Made by a program: the position numbers and the translations under genes. A stretch of 64,000 nucleotides of DNA from Schmidtea nova (Eukaryota): contig CM097883.1 of NCBI GenBank assembly GCA_044892505.1, positions 175,398,001-175,462,000 on the forward strand, given 5' to 3'. The notes beneath the pieces were generated by a model. That model worked only from the letters and a program-made list of their open reading frames with translations. It was not told where the DNA came from and did not search any database. Below, piece by piece: positions 1-14,099 of this stretch (its first letter is position 1; every line of letters begins with the position of its first letter).

Positions 1-267
1 AATACATTATATTATATGATGATTATGCAATACCTTATATGTTATGTAATTATGACGTAAAATTTGCATAACTCTTTCTACTTCACGTAAGCCACGTTAT
101 ATTACATAATTTTCACTTAATACATTAAAAAATAAGTAATAACATAAATATTACGCAACTAATGACGTACTTCTGAAATTTATTAATTTTTATTTATTTT
201 TTTCATAAATTTTACAAAAAATATAAAATTAATTAATTTTTTCAACATTTTTTCCAAAATTTCCAAA

Positions 268-540
268 AATGCTCAGAATCAAATAATTTTTAAACGAATC
301 TATTGAGAATTGAATGGTGAACAAAAAAAGAGTAAAAAAGTAAAAAATTGAAAAATTGAACTCATCCGATCAAATTTTACACGTAAAAAGGGTCGACTCG
401 GGGAAATTCCAAAAGTCAATAATGCTCAGATTTCAATAATTTTTATATCAATCTACTGAGAATTGAACGGCGAACAAAAAAGGGTCAAAAAATGAAAACA
501 TGAAAAATTGGTCTCCGATCAAATTTACACGAAAAAAAAC
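268..540. repeat. Degenerate direct repeat, ~153-bp period (2 copies)
   Basis: aatgctcaga...tgagaattgaa...gaacaaaaaa...ccgatcaaattt(t)acacg starts at 268 and again at 421. Confidence 0.7.
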
Positions 541-603
541 ATATTTGGGTAAAAACGGTCATGACTCAATAATCTTTACATCAAAATAATCAGAATTTAA
601 TGC

Positions 604-3600
604 TCAATAATATAAAAAGTCATATAAAAATACAAAGTATTTTAAAAATAAATCTTGATTTAAATAAATCTTCGGATTTTCAGGCAAATTCTTCATTGGA
701 TTCAGCAGCATCTTCACACACCCCCATAACCACATCAATTCCCTTAAAATGTCCATAAGCCTGACTAACATTTTTTCCACCCAAAGTCTTTTGTCAACAA
801 GATTAGTCAAGGCAATCCTAGAAGATTTATTAGTAAAGAGTTGATGATTCTTACTAACTATTCTTGACTGATCAACAGAATCTATTGAATTATTATTTTT
901 ACAATCCAGGTACGACTGATGATTCAATTCAGTATCCTTCAATGTTATACCCTTAGCCTTAATGCACTCTTCATCACCTAAAAGACTGTAACACTTTGGC
1001 CTAAGAAACACTCACTCATCATACTTGAATCCTTTATTCTCGTCTTTGAATTTACCAATGACGGAATCTAGGTTTTTCGAGTACAAGGTATGATTTGGGT
1101 CATAATTCGAAGTATCTAATAACCTATCCCTAACCATAGTAGACAAAAGAATATCCAACTTACAATTCTTAACTTCCAAGAAGAAAGAATCTGTATCACC
1201 AGCGACTATACCAATCTCACAGTTGAATTCATTACGATATTTTTCTAATTCTTCATACTGGAGTTGATACATCCTAAGTTTAAATAAATCCAGTACAGTT
1301 TGACCAATGTAGCTGGGTCTTTCTAAACACACAGAGTCCGTATTAAGCAAGACAGAAACAAGATCATCATCAATTCTATAAGTTTTTCTAAATGTAGGTT
1401 TTGAAGTATATGTAATCAGTTTTGATGCTGAATTACATAGTCGTAAATTCAGTCGTTTCTTAAGATTTTCAACAGTTTTCCAATTAAGAATATTATTCAA
1501 GAGTTTGTAAAAGATTTTATCTAAAGCCGTAGAAGAAGCTGCCCTAAGTTCAATGTTCGTATCTATGTATTTTTTAAAAACTGGTTTCTGATTGTACTGA
1601 ACAGCCTGATGAACTCGTGTTATTTTAACACCCAAAGAAACAAAAAGCTTGAGAAGCCAATGAACAACATAGTTGAACTTCTGATAATGCGTAAGCATTA
1701 ACTTCTCAACTTTTGAACCTGGAGCACACATTTTCTCTGTTGCAATCTGGAAATCATTTAATTTATCATGAATTTCTGAAGGGATTTCAAGATCACTTCA
1801 AAATTCAAGCCATAAGTTAAAATAGCTAAATCAGCATCCATTAATTTAATTAATTAATTAAATTTATTTTGATGTCATCCAATTAAATTCACCATAAGGT
1901 AAAGTTTGACTTACAGCCCACTCGTATAAATTATTTGTGTCAATATATAAAAGTTCAGTCGTTTCGGAGGATACTGAATAATGTTTGTTGATAAATGTCA
2001 AACCACCACGGATCCCCCCTTCGAAAAAATTATAAATCTCCATATCCTGGATCAATTCAATAGGTTCATGCAAGGTAATAAGCGCAGAAGCCCACGACAT
2101 ACCTGGAATCCCCAAAGAATTCAAAGGCTCAAGTCTATTGTGAGCTATAGATTTAGCTCTAAACTGTTGAAAGAAATCAGCAAGAAGAAAAAACATCCAG
2201 TTTTAGGTATATCATCATATAGTCATATAAAGTTTGGCACTGGGATTCCCTCCAAATCACCAATGTCTTGTCATTTCGTCTTGAGTAACACCTTTCCAGA
2301 TTGGTGGCAACTCATAAGTGTTGTATACATAAGTGTTGGAATACAAGAAATTTTCCAAGTTTTAAAATTAGCCAAATCATATTTAAGAATATGGTGCAAG
2401 TCATAACCCTTTAAATTATGAAAAATAACGGGTAAAAACTTGTAAAAACGAAGGGATTTGATACAAGAATTACATGCTGCACAAAAATATTCTCCAGTGT
2501 AGTGACCATGGTCTCTGACTGATTGTACTAAAGTTTTCTTACAAAGATAACAAATAATAGTAGAAGCAAAAGATTGTTAATTAGCCGCTGTCATAAAAAG
2601 AGGTTTCTTGTAATTATTTTTATAAAAGGGATAAACAGTAGTTTCATGACAAGTAACTAATATCAGTAAGAAAATTAGTCACGCAATCAAGACCTAAGAA
2701 ACTCTTATAAGTCATTTCGCCAGTGAAATTATTTACAAGTAAAAGACCGGCAGATAGTGGGACATGTCTTTGAAAGTACTTATCATCAGTAGTTAAGATT
2801 GCCTCAAAATCGGTGTAAACAACAAAAGGTGGAGTAATTGTTTTGCCCCGAATAATAAATTTAATTTTTATTTCTAGGCAGAGTATAAAGAGTTGTACCT
2901 AATTGATTTTTAGCACACAACTGTTGATGACAATCGAATGCTTCTTGTTTTCGAAATTCATTCAAGCATCGATGTCACCATAAACTTTGAATGAGAGTAT
3001 TGGAAATTGTACGATCATCAAGATTCAAAAGCCTATCAAGATCGGTGACTGCAATATAATAATATGCATCACCGCTTTCCAACAAAATCAAGTTAATAGG
3101 AGTACCGCCAACAACTTTCGACCGGTGGATAATGTCAACACAGGGATGTTTAAAAACTTCTGGGTTTGCCAAAGTATCAAGCAAAACATCCTCATCATAA
3201 GAAAGAACATTAATAGGGTTTCTTGTTTCAAATTTTGGAATATTACAAAGTCTCATTGGCATTTCAGAATGGTCAAAGACAAGATCATTAATATTATAAT
3301 TTTTGGCTCTATTTCTATTATTATCTACCTCATCATATTTCAAAATAGCCAAAATGCTATAAATGAAACATTAATCATCGGAATTAATTACATTTACTGT
3401 AAAATGTTTTAATTGTAAAGATTGAGAGGTATTTATATGATCTCGGCCACTTGATCGACTAATTTGAACAAATTTAGTTAATACAAAATGGATTTCGTTG
3501 AGTTTGTTGATAACCCAATTACTTCCCTTTTCATTAATTAAAGATAATTTTTTCATTTAAAAGAGTGATACCTTCATCAAAAAAGTTATCACTCATGGGC

Positions 3601-3870
3601 AGAGTTTGAAATGATGAATGATTGAAATTCACCATCTTTTTAAAACTCTACTTCAACACAAAATTGTATTTTGACAGACACTATCTCATTAATAACATCA
3701 TTTGATTTATTGATTAAAATATCGGGTAAAATTAAAGTTTTCAAAGCCAAGTGAGAAACAACCATTTTCACAATGGCGTGAGATTTTCCTAAATCAAATT
3801 TAACGTTAGGAAGAAGGGAACCACCATACTGAACATCTATGATGGGTTCATCATCAGAAAGAATAACTAT
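604..3870 (-). pseudogene. Polinton/Maverick protein-primed DNA polymerase B, fragmented
   Basis: Collinear minus-strand pieces: EKGSNW N-term (3371-3556); KFETRNPINV (2975-3352); H-G-H-YTGEY...PVIFHNFKGYD exonuclease region (~2400-2520); YIDTNNLY motif A (1864-2196); KLLNN motif B and GDTDSF motif C (1012-1731); KAKG...DKR C-term (604-1011). Many stops and frameshifts. Confidence 0.9.
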
Positions 3871-5519
3871 TTCATTTCATTTAATTATTTTACTTGGGGT
3901 GTGATCACAAATCAGTTTTTTTCTTTTATTAATAATATTTTTATTATTAATAATATCATTACTATTTTTAATATTTTTATTATTAATAATATTATTATAA
4001 ATAATATTTTTATTATTATTAATATTATTATTATTATTAATAATATTATTAATAATATTATTATTACTACGTGGTAATTTAAAAATCGATTTCTAAGAAC
4101 ATTGAAATTGATTCAAATGTTATAATGAAACTTATAAAAGTCTATAGAACAAGAGAAAAAAGTAGATTTACAAGTGGGACAAATAAGGTAAGTGATGCGG
4201 TTATGGGTGTATGAATAATATCTCTTCATCGAATCATGACAGTTTTCATCATGATAAGGTGAGTTACAATATTGGGTATAAAATCCGTCTATAAGATATT
4301 AAAAAAATTTAAAATATGCATTTAAAAATTAACATGTATAAATCAATTAAAAATATCATTAAAGTATATATATATAAATAATAATCAATGAAAATCAAAT
4401 AAAATGTTAAACGAATTTTGATTGGATAATATAAATTTTAAAAACATATATAAATGATCTAAAAAAATATAGATTTCATTTTAAAAATGTTTCAACTTAA
4501 AAGTAAGTTTTAGTATTTTAAAATGAATAATTTTTTTATTTTTTATTTTAGGATCAAAAAAGATGACCAAACAAGAAGTTATGAAAATTATTCTTGAAGA
4601 AAATTCAATTTCGGCAGCTAATCTGGTCAGAAATCCTGCAGTACGATTTCTGCAATATTCGATGGAATATTTGAAATATCCAATAACGTATTTTTTTAAA
4701 GTAATTTACTTGATTAATTAAAAAACAATTGTTAATTTTTATTATTTAGGAACCTGTAACTTTGAAGCACTGTTTGTATAACATTTCAAATAGGAAAAAT
4801 CATGGACATTGATAGAAGAAATATAAGTGAAATTTTATTAGCAATCAGTAAAAAAATGCAATTTAATGAAGATTTTACCTATATGAATATTAATAAAGAT
4901 TGCAATTTTGAAAATTATGAAGAAAATTCAATGTATCAAATCAAAATAATGATAAAAGGTTTATAAGAAACAAACCATGTTGTAAAACCAGCTTGGAAGA
5001 TTATATAATCTATTTTATATGAATAAACTTTAATAATCAAATCTTGTCTTTTTTATTGAAATATTTAGTTTACAACTATTTAATGTGATAAATAAAATAT
5101 ATTACTTTTTTATTAAAGTGTTTAATATCATAATTAGGTATGTGGGTATTTATAGCTAGTTACTTCTCAAATCTATCCCTCGCTGAATGACTTGTGATTT
5201 TAACTGCGAATAATTAAGCTGGGTTAGTTTAACTGTCGGATTAGAAATATATAATGAGTGTCTGAACTTTTACTCTACTCCGATTTTTTTATATGATTGC
5301 CAATCTATGTGCCCTTATGGTGATTCTGACTTACAACTGATATTCGACTGGTGTTCAAATTATACGCATGTGTGGACCTAATATTCTCTTCCCTCGCGGA
5401 GTGGTAGTTTGATATTTCGCTATCTAGTTGGTCATGAAAATTACCTCAAATCGATGTTGATACTTGTTGTTCGTGCATGTGGAATTTACTTGTCTCAATC
5501 ATCAGTTAATTCATCTATG

Positions 5520-6230
5520 AGCATCTCGCCCCTCCTTCAGTTTGCCCTTGTACACCCACCGGCCAACACTTCGAAGAATGTTGCATTCGGAGGCCCATTA
5601 TCACCCGTCAGGCCGGGAGACCGTCGGGACGTGCTCCTAATAATTTTTAATAAGCAAACATTTCAGGAAAACATATGAGTTTTTAATCAACAAATATGAA
5701 AACAATAGAAACCGCAAAACACTTTTATCACAAGTGGTTTTAAGGTTAAATGACAAGCTTCAATAATGACAAAGTGTAAATGACACTTAAAAATGACATT
5801 CAAATTCTGACTTTGACTGCTGTATTTATATTATTTTCAGGGCAGTATTGACCAATCAGATATCATCTTCCGTCGCTTAATTTACATGTTTTTATTTTTA
5901 TTCAATTGACTTATCTTGTCAATTACCCGATTTTTAGGTTATTTGTTTATTTTGTTAATTTTATCTCCGATTAGTTTGTTAACTAACAGATTCGTTCGTC
6001 CCATCTGGTTAGGTTGATTCACTAATTAGTTGTTTTTGTGGTTATGCAGATGGTGTTTTCTCGCTCTGGTTTTTCATTTGTAAGTATTTTTTATCTAGTT
6101 TGATTCCTAATTTATTTTTTTGTTTTAGGTTCATTGGTAATGCTGTTCATTTGTTGATTATTTATGTTATTTGTTTAGAATTAATTTTATTCTTTGGTTG
6201 CTGTTTTTCTTGATTGGTGGACCCAACAAA
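5520..6230 (-). repeat. Dispersed repeat family X, copy C (CCAAT+TATA promoter followed by GC-rich conserved cassette)
   Basis: Reverse complement aligns with 14440-14730 and 33200-33520: GATTGG, TATAAATACAGCAG, TGTCATTTTT, then CACGTCCCGACGGTCTC...AATGGGCCTC. Confidence 0.75.
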
Positions 6231-6755
6231 CGTATAAAATTTTAATTTTAATTAATTAAATAATTCAAGGAATGTATTATTTAAATATTCAAATAATTTG
6301 AATGTAATTAATATATAATTAATAAAAATTAATAGTTAGTTTACCAAAATTAAAAAAAAATCAATTTACAAATTCTTACATTTTATTGCTTGTTTTTTGT
6401 TTCTTGAAATAATATTTTTAACATTTTCCTTTTCGATTCTCCGATAATATTATTCGCTTCAGAATTCATATTTGTAAAATTATTCATTTCTAAAAAATAA
6501 TAAAAATTAATTCAAAAAGTTTTAAACAAAAATTCACTTATCAAAGTTGGGATCTATTAAAAAGTGATTTATAAATGAATTTTTCTCGTTAATATACTTA
6601 ATTATTACATGATACACAACACATCAACAATACCATAAATACACACATGAGCACATGAATTAGATTATCGCAACGTAAAATATTGAACAAAACAAATTTA
6701 ATTAAACTTAAAAAAATTATGAATTAAAAATAATACAAATTTTCAATACAAATAT

Positions 6756-7110
6756 TTATTTATTAAACATTTTTATTAACCACGCTATACAGTGCTGACC
6801 ACATGTTTTGGTCATTGGATTCTGGTATCGGATTCTGTGATATTCAATTGGAATCAACATTGAAGATAGTTTTTTAATCAATAGCAGTGGATAATAAAAT
6901 CCCATTGGTTCAAACACGTGTATTTTATCGGGTTTCACATAAACTGCAATTCAATGTTCACCATTAAGGTTTAATGATTGAGTATTGACAATCAAAGCTT
7001 TGTTTACATCAATATATGGGAATTTATCCAACGGAAAAACACCAAGAAACTCCGATCCCAATAATTTCTTAGCAATATATTCAATCTGAATAGAACTAGT
7101 AAAAATAAAA
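6756..7110 (-). pseudogene. Polinton adenain-like cysteine protease, inactivated
   Basis: FLGVFPLD...IVNT...NGEH*IAVY...HVFEPMG...QNPMTKTCGQHC; His/Glu/Gln/Cys pattern of the adenovirus protease family; the Trp of GEHW is now TGA. Confidence 0.85.
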
Positions 7111-7444
7111 ATTTTAATTAAATTAAATTCTTCATTTGATGATAAATTTTATTCAAATTAGTTTATAACCATTCAAATTTGAAAATCTTGATTTTCAATC
7201 AAACCAGTATTGTACGATTTGCAAGTATCATCAAGCTTTTCATTTTCATTTGCAGGAATTTCATTTTTGTTAAATTCATCATTAAATGTCACAGCTTTTT
7301 CTTGTAACTCTAATTTTTAGTTTCTTCAACACTATCAAATATTATTTGAAATGGAAAATATTTACAATTTACATTTAAAATATTGCCATCAATATACATC
7401 AAATAATAATTAGAATCGTGACTAATATTATATTCATTCTTTTG

Positions 7445-7958
7445 TTAGTTAAAATTGAAATATTCATAACCAGAATGTAATTCACTTCTAGTAAATCTTA
7501 TACTTAAACTATTATAAAACGGAAATTCATTGTACGCAAAAGTAAAATCCATAAGAGCAACTTCCCAACTACAATCCAAATAAATCGGGTTTTGATATTC
7601 AACATTGAATTTTCCAGCTTTATTATTGGAATGTATCAATGGGCAAGAATTAATTGATAAATTAACATAAAAATCTAAATCATTTATTTTTCAAAAATGT
7701 AGTCAAATGAGTCTTTGTATCTTTTGAAAATTTAATTAATTTTCCATTGTCGTCACGAATATTGATTTCAATGTTGTTTATAGTTGATGTTGAAATCGGT
7801 AAATACATTGGATTCTTTATTTCAATTTGTACAACTTCACCTTGGTCATATTTCTTGATCCAAATTGATTTTAGGAGGGGAACTCGTTCATCGCCAAGAG
7901 TCACTGGTTCAATAATGTTGCTATATAAATGAACATTTGCTGATAGTCTTAAAATCAT
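7445..7958 (-). pseudogene. Polinton minor capsid (penton)-like fragments
   Basis: C-terminal half LYSNIIEPVTLGDERVPLLKSI...NPMYLPI...NIEINIRDDNG (7680-7958), followed by an N-terminal half FYVNLSINS...NPIYLDCSWEVAL (starting ~7680). Confidence 0.75.
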
Positions 7959-8879
7959 GAAAATATTTACAAAAATTATTTCGTTATCGGTCTATGTTTT
8001 TTTCTGTAGACCCAGAGTTTTGGTTAAATTTGAATCAAAAGTAATTTTTGAAATATTATCATGAAGAATAATTTTAACCAATTCATTATCGACAAGTTTC
8101 ATTCCTTTAAATGGAGATGGATTAATTTTCATTAAATATCCTTTCAATTCAATAATTCTTCTTGAAAATAATGACCATTAACGGTTTTAATGTCATAATT
8201 CATTATTATTTCAAATCGATCAACAGCAGAGTCTTTGATGAATTTTGGTAATTTTTTTCGATAATGATCATTTCACTAATAATTGTTGTACTATCAAATC
8301 CAAATCTTTTTGCATGTCCAATATCTGGAAATGTAATTTTAAATGGAACATGTGGGTAAACAAACACTAAATGTTCATATTTTCAATAAATACATCGGTA
8401 TCGGAACTAGGTTGAAAATTAACAACTTGAAATGCATTAAAGGCAACCCTCGTTTACTGGTTCCGTGTTATCTAAAACCGGGTTAAATAAAACTAAAAAT
8501 TTACATATAATAAAAAGATTAGTAGTAATAACTAAGTTATGGTAGCAATTTTTATATATGTATTCAAAATGTTGACTGATATAAACACAAATTTGTCTCG
8601 AAATGCTTGAATTTTTAGAAAAACGTCTCGATGAGCGCTGAAATAAAGATCTCGTGTCTCTTTCATATTTTTTACAAAATTACACTTACCTATTCATCAA
8701 AAGTTTTTATAAAAATACTAGGAAATATATTGTATAGCCAATTATTTCCAGCTAACATTGTCAAAGAAGAGACTTCAATTATAAATGAATAATTGTCAGA
8801 ATCAGAGGAGGAAAATGACGAATATTTAAAATATTTGAAAACCATAAGTTCTTTTAACCATCTCCAAAACCAGATTCTT

Positions 8880-9090
8880 CAAACATAATTGATAAAGATT
8901 TTAAATATGTTGAGGCAAATGGTCACCGAACGAACAGTTTAGAAAAATTGTATAATGCGTTATTAACAATTCAGCATACTTCAACGATTTTTTTCAGTTT
9001 CAGGCAATTTTATGACCAAAATCAGGAGTCAACTAAATATGAAAAATGTAAATAGTCTAGTATTTTTAAAATACTATTTTTTAAATAAAG
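8880..9090 (+). pseudogene. hAT transposase C-terminal dimerisation domain relic
   Basis: LEKLYNALLTIQHTST...FSVSGNFMTKIRSQL...NSLVFLKYYF. Confidence 0.6.
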
Positions 9091-10746
9091 TTTAATATTT
9101 TTTGAAATTTCTTTTATATTTAGCTAACGATACCAAGAATAAGCGTGTTGAAAAAGCAAGGAGTAACTTCGAAAAAGCAATCAATAGATATCGATGAACC
9201 ACTTGATCATGAAAACACCACAGCACGAAGTACAAGAGTAAACAACTAATGGATATATTACAAACCGGTGCCAAAAATTGGTGTATATTAGTATTTGAAT
9301 TAGCAAAACGGATTAATAAGTTCGGCAAATATATATCAACGATAAAAATCATAAGTAAAAGAGATTAAGGAATAACGACGACTATGTACATGATACCTAG
9401 AACAATTCGACGAAATCATAACAAAATTGAAAGAAATGGAGTGTGAAAGCGACCACCCACAAAAATGCGGACTAAAAATTCATGTCCAAACTCAACAGTA
9501 GAATAGATGGAAATAGAATTAAAAATAAGGATCAAGAAATTAAAAAGAAATTACCATTTGAATTACCATTTCACCTACAATACAAAGGACGATCACTAGA
9601 TAACAATTTGGAAATTGACGTCACTCTAATACGAATAGAAACAAGTAATGATTTAACGGTTAATAAAATCGCAGGAAAATAACTGCACAGAAAAGAGGGA
9701 AACAAAACCCAATTCAGGAAACTGTTTGAAGAATTAGACACTCCAGAAATACCCAAAGTATCAAGTGAGATAATAATTGAAACCACTGATGAAGATTTAT
9801 TAGAATAACTGACAAATATTGCAAATGAGGAAAAGGAAACTACAGTGTTTTATTCGGGCGATCTATTCTTAAATTTAGAAAATGAACCGACATCAGGCGA
9901 TCAAAAAAATATCTTGTGCTCAGAAATAACAAATATAAACAACGGAATTTGAAACAGATATTGAAGAGGCACAGAATCAGCCATGGAAAGAGTTCAAAAT
10001 CGACGAATGGAGAAATTGGACTATTGATAAACGAGCTACAATATCAAAAGAGAATTCAAATATCCAACCGAGTAGAAAAGAAGCAGGAACAATGATGGAT
10101 CGACGTCCAAGAGGAAGACCAAGAAATAATCAAGGAGAAATCAATCTAAAAAAAGATCAACCGAGTTAAGTTGAACAGATAAAGATAAAAGTTCATTAAG
10201 TAATGAGTCGCAAATCAAATGAAAAACCATGTCCTGCGAAGGAACAGAGAACTAAATAGATAAATTAATATCAGATGTGCTCGCACTAGCAATTGATCTA
10301 ATATCACATATGGGTTCAAGGGCGACTGATAGAAGGTATAATGCCCAATAATTTATCTACGAATCGTGTTTACATACACTTCTTCGATAAAACTTATCTA
10401 TAAGAATTAAACAGAGTAGAAATATTGACCAAATAAAATTTATTCAATTCCATCCAGTACATAGTAAATGAGAATACAGTTAAAATGATAGCCGTTAATG
10501 TCAGGATTAGTAAGATAAGGCAATATCAATATAATTCTTTATAAAAATGAAAATTTATCATAAAAATTACAATTTTACAAAAAAATATTTTTAATAATTA
10601 ATCAAATAAAACTATTTACCATAAATACAATAGATAAGGTTCATATTTATTATCACAAAGGTCCTTATCTATTGCACATTGGCGTATACACAGCCTGATG
10701 TATCTTAATGTTCCAAACATCTTTATCAATCATATTTCACATATTG

Positions 10747-11005
10747 TCAATTTGCATGTGTATTCTGAATATTTAAATCAATAATTTCCGAAACGAAATC
10801 AGTATCATTGAAGAAATCAATTATAACACAATTTGTTTTGCGAGCGCCACAGCGAGTTGTCGATAGCCAACGCAGCAATTTCGGGGCCAATTTTTTCACC
10901 AAAGTATTTCGCAAATTTCCCGCAAACAAATACCGAAGAATTGTTCCGATTGTCGGAGTAAGAATTCCTTGCGTGACATAAAATCGATCCACTTCATGCA
11001 CTCGA
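10747..11005 (-). CDS. PLCXD: PI-PLC X domain-containing protein, exon 4 (last coding exon)
   Basis: FYVTQGILTP...NLRNTLV...KTNCVIIDFFNDTDFVSEIIDLN matches the PLCXD C-terminus; AG acceptor at 11006-11007; phase 2 fits exon 3; TGA at 10747-10749. Confidence 0.85.
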
Positions 11006-11054
11006 CTTCATAAATAAATTTAATTATTTCCATTGATTAATTATTTCGTAATAC

Positions 11055-11260
11055 TTTTTATAGTTGAAATCAAGAAAATCAATCAAACGGTTTGCATTAT
11101 CGGTGTCGGCCCACGGGCTGGGAATAAAGTTACCAGGCCAAATCCAATCTTTGTAATCGCATTCAAACCGATAGAAAATGAAAACTCTTTGATTGACTTT
11201 CCACAATTCCGATAAACACGGCACTGGATAGATAAATGGCACCAAGAGATCATCAAATAT
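11055..11260 (-). CDS. PLCXD: PI-PLC X domain-containing protein, exon 3
   Basis: TTTCAG acceptor then IFDDLLVP...LWKVNQRVFIFY...WIWPGNFIPSPWADTDNANRLIDFL; GT donor at 11054; 49-bp intron 3. Confidence 0.88.
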
Positions 11261-11391
11261 CTGAAATCCATTGAAAATAATTTTTTTAAAGTTTAAATTA
11301 TAAAAATTATTGCTTCTAAGAAATATTATTAACCAGAGGCGTAATCACTATTCCATTGGGGTATGTTTTGCCAGTTCCCTATCATTTGGTC

Positions 11392-12592
11392 AAACATCAG
11401 GTGGTCGAAGTTTACTTGGTCGAAATTCATTTCGTCGCTGTTCATTTGGTCGAGAATTCATATAGTCGAAATTTATAAATTCGAAATTCATATAGTCGAA
11501 TATGTGGGGTTTAAGTGACGATAATTTAATAGATATTAGTTTAGGATTTAAAACTTTAACTATTTAATTTAAATTTTAAATATATAAATCATTTCCAATG
11601 ATTTATCACATACAAAATGTCGAAATTAAACTTTGTCATTAGTAGTAAAGGAAAAGAAAAGGCTGTATTTGAAGGCTATATATACAAAAAAGATAAATAA
11701 GTAAACGGAAAAACATATTGGCGATGTGAAATAAGAAGCTACAACTCAAGAATGCATAGCACAGGCGATGTTATTGTAAGAACACCAAGTGATCATCGCC
11801 AGCATGCTCCATCTTGTGATCGTGTTTCTGCAGCAATTATGGCTGGACAAGTACGTCGAAAAGCATTAGATTGTGAGAGTACAACCAAAAATATTGTACA
11901 ACAAGCGATGTCTCAGGTACCTGTCGTTGTTGCACCTGCGTTGGCTTCAAATTCAGCATTATCACAAATTGTAAGAAGGAAACGAAAAGCAGCACTATCT
12001 TATAAAGACACAGAAACGGAGCTTCATGAAAGAATTATTGTTCCAAGAAAGCTTTAATACACATGCGATGATACTGAATTCATGCGATTTTCTTCAGAAT
12101 ATATGATTTTATTTGTGTCTCCTCTTGGAATAGATATGCTCAACTATGAACGGAATTGGTTTGCAGATAGAACATTCTATGTAGCTCCAAAAGAATATAC
12201 TCAGCTCTACACCATTCATGTTCTACTTGGAAATTCTGAAACTATCCCGTACGTCTACGCTCTTTTAAAGAATAAATCAAGGGAATCGTATGCTGCCATT
12301 TTCAGTTTTTGCGGGATATGAATCCGGATAACCCTTAAAACCCGCAAGCATCACCGTAGACTTTGAACAAGCAGCTATGACAGCATTTAAAGAAACATTC
12401 CTAGACATCGAGATACACAGATGTTTCTTCCACCTGTGTCAAAATATTTGGAAACGAATTCAAGAATCTGGTCTTCAGATTTTGTATGGTTCAGATGCTG
12501 AATTTGCATTGAAGACTCGATGTCTAGCAGACATCGCATTTTTACCAATAAAAAACATCATTCGCGGATTTGACCTTTTGACACATGTCTAA
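11392..12592 (+). mobile_element. MULE DNA transposon relic (FLYWCH + DDE, 3'-truncated)
   Basis: GGTCGAA-rich subterminal repeats 11392-11510; ATG 11617; EGYIY...YWRC...H FLYWCH; WFADRTF, YVYALL, VDFEQAA, RCFFHLCQNIWK across frameshifted pieces. Confidence 0.85.
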
Positions 12593-13579
12593 TATAACAA
12601 ATAATTAATATAGAAGTCCTAAAAACCAGTCTCAAATTATTTCTTTGAATATTATAATTTGGAAATAGTTTTTAAATAAAGTTTATTGAATTTAATTGTT
12701 ATTTTTAATTATGGATGACGAAAATAGTAGCAAAATCATATTATTAATATGCAAGCAGATGTAATTTAAATTTAAATCAATCCAAATTATATATTTTAAA
12801 TCAATATATAATTAAAAATAAAATGTTTAACAATGAAAAGCACGAAATTATCACCATCATGCTGATAATGTGGCGGAGACATGAGAATAATAGCTTATTT
12901 TGAATGTCTCGGTAATAAATGACAAAATCTCTAAGTAGAATTTGTATTAAATTGTTGGTACTATAGCTGGATGTTATTTTATGGTGACAAAATAATTGTA
13001 GATTTTACCAATAGTTACTCGCTGTAAGCAACGTTGGTGCTGTAACTAATTTGCAAAAATACTCGCAAAAAGTGAGTGCTGTTACCAGAAATATTATTTC
13101 TCGAGTACTTTCCATGGGTTCACAAGATTTGCGCTCGATTAAGGTCAATTTCTTTTTTGTATTTTAACCCTTACTAAATTTTAATAACGATGAATACTTT
13201 ATTATTAATTTATAAGACAAATAAAGATGCAAGTGAGCGTATCTATCCAATTACATTTTTATTTATTTGGGTATTTCGTGATCTTATTCACCCTTCTTTT
13301 ATCATATTTGGTTTCGGTTATTCCTGCAATTGCTTAGAAAAATCCAAACTTAATTTGTTCGTCCCATCAATTAATTATAAAATATGAAATAAATCAAATG
13401 AAATTTATATTTACAATTAAAACCAAACATTAATCATAAATCATAAATTTACCAGAAAATTTTCACAAAATAAAATGCAATACTTCAATTCAGCGATTCG
13501 TCACATAAACTTCAGTGTCATAAAAACCGCAACACCATCTCCTGGAACGAGAGACAAGATTGATTCGAAGGTTCATTCC

Positions 13580-14080
13580 CTATCTAAGTGGACTTGCGGA
13601 GCGGGAGCCGTTTTCTTCACTTGACCCATCAATCGGCCCTCTCTTTTCCTCTTGCTTCTCGCTCTCTCCGTCTTACTAGGCTTGCGACGGTGGGCGAAAT
13701 TCATTGTGAGTTACGTGGCTGGAATAGTTCAGTCAACCGAGGCTGGAGTTGTGAATAAATATTGGTGGCTAGACCATCTTCTAGCCGCACTCTACCTAGT
13801 TCTACTTCCGCTTCTCATAATGCCATCTGAATGGCTCTTTTCAGGAGCCTCTCGTCTTCTATTATTTTTTGAAGCTGCAAGATCTTATACTGCGCTGTTT
13901 TCATCCGATCCGAAGAAAACCACGTCACCTCGTACCGAAGACAGCGTTCGACGAACTTGTCGATGCGTAGAGCCATGACCTGATTCTTCTCCGTCGATTC
14001 TACATTTCATTAGTCGAAGCGACCCATTCGCTTGTTGAGTTTTTTCAGTCCTTTGTTGGGCCCGGCGAATCGCAAAGAAT
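13580..14080 (-). pseudogene. Coiled-coil ORF relic homologous to 35198-35764
   Basis: Manual translation MALRIDKFVERCLRYEVTWFSSDRMKTAQYK...KRAIQMAL*EAEVELGRVRLE; shares TWFxx(D/E)RxK, KRA and VRLE with the 188-aa ORF; internal stop. Confidence 0.5.
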
Positions 14081-14099
14081 CTAAAAAAAAGAATAAATT

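Noticed and set aside
9100-10200. Possible gag/protease relic (TGAK-like, RRPRGRPR)
   Set aside because: Too fragmented; no catalytic motif in an open frame
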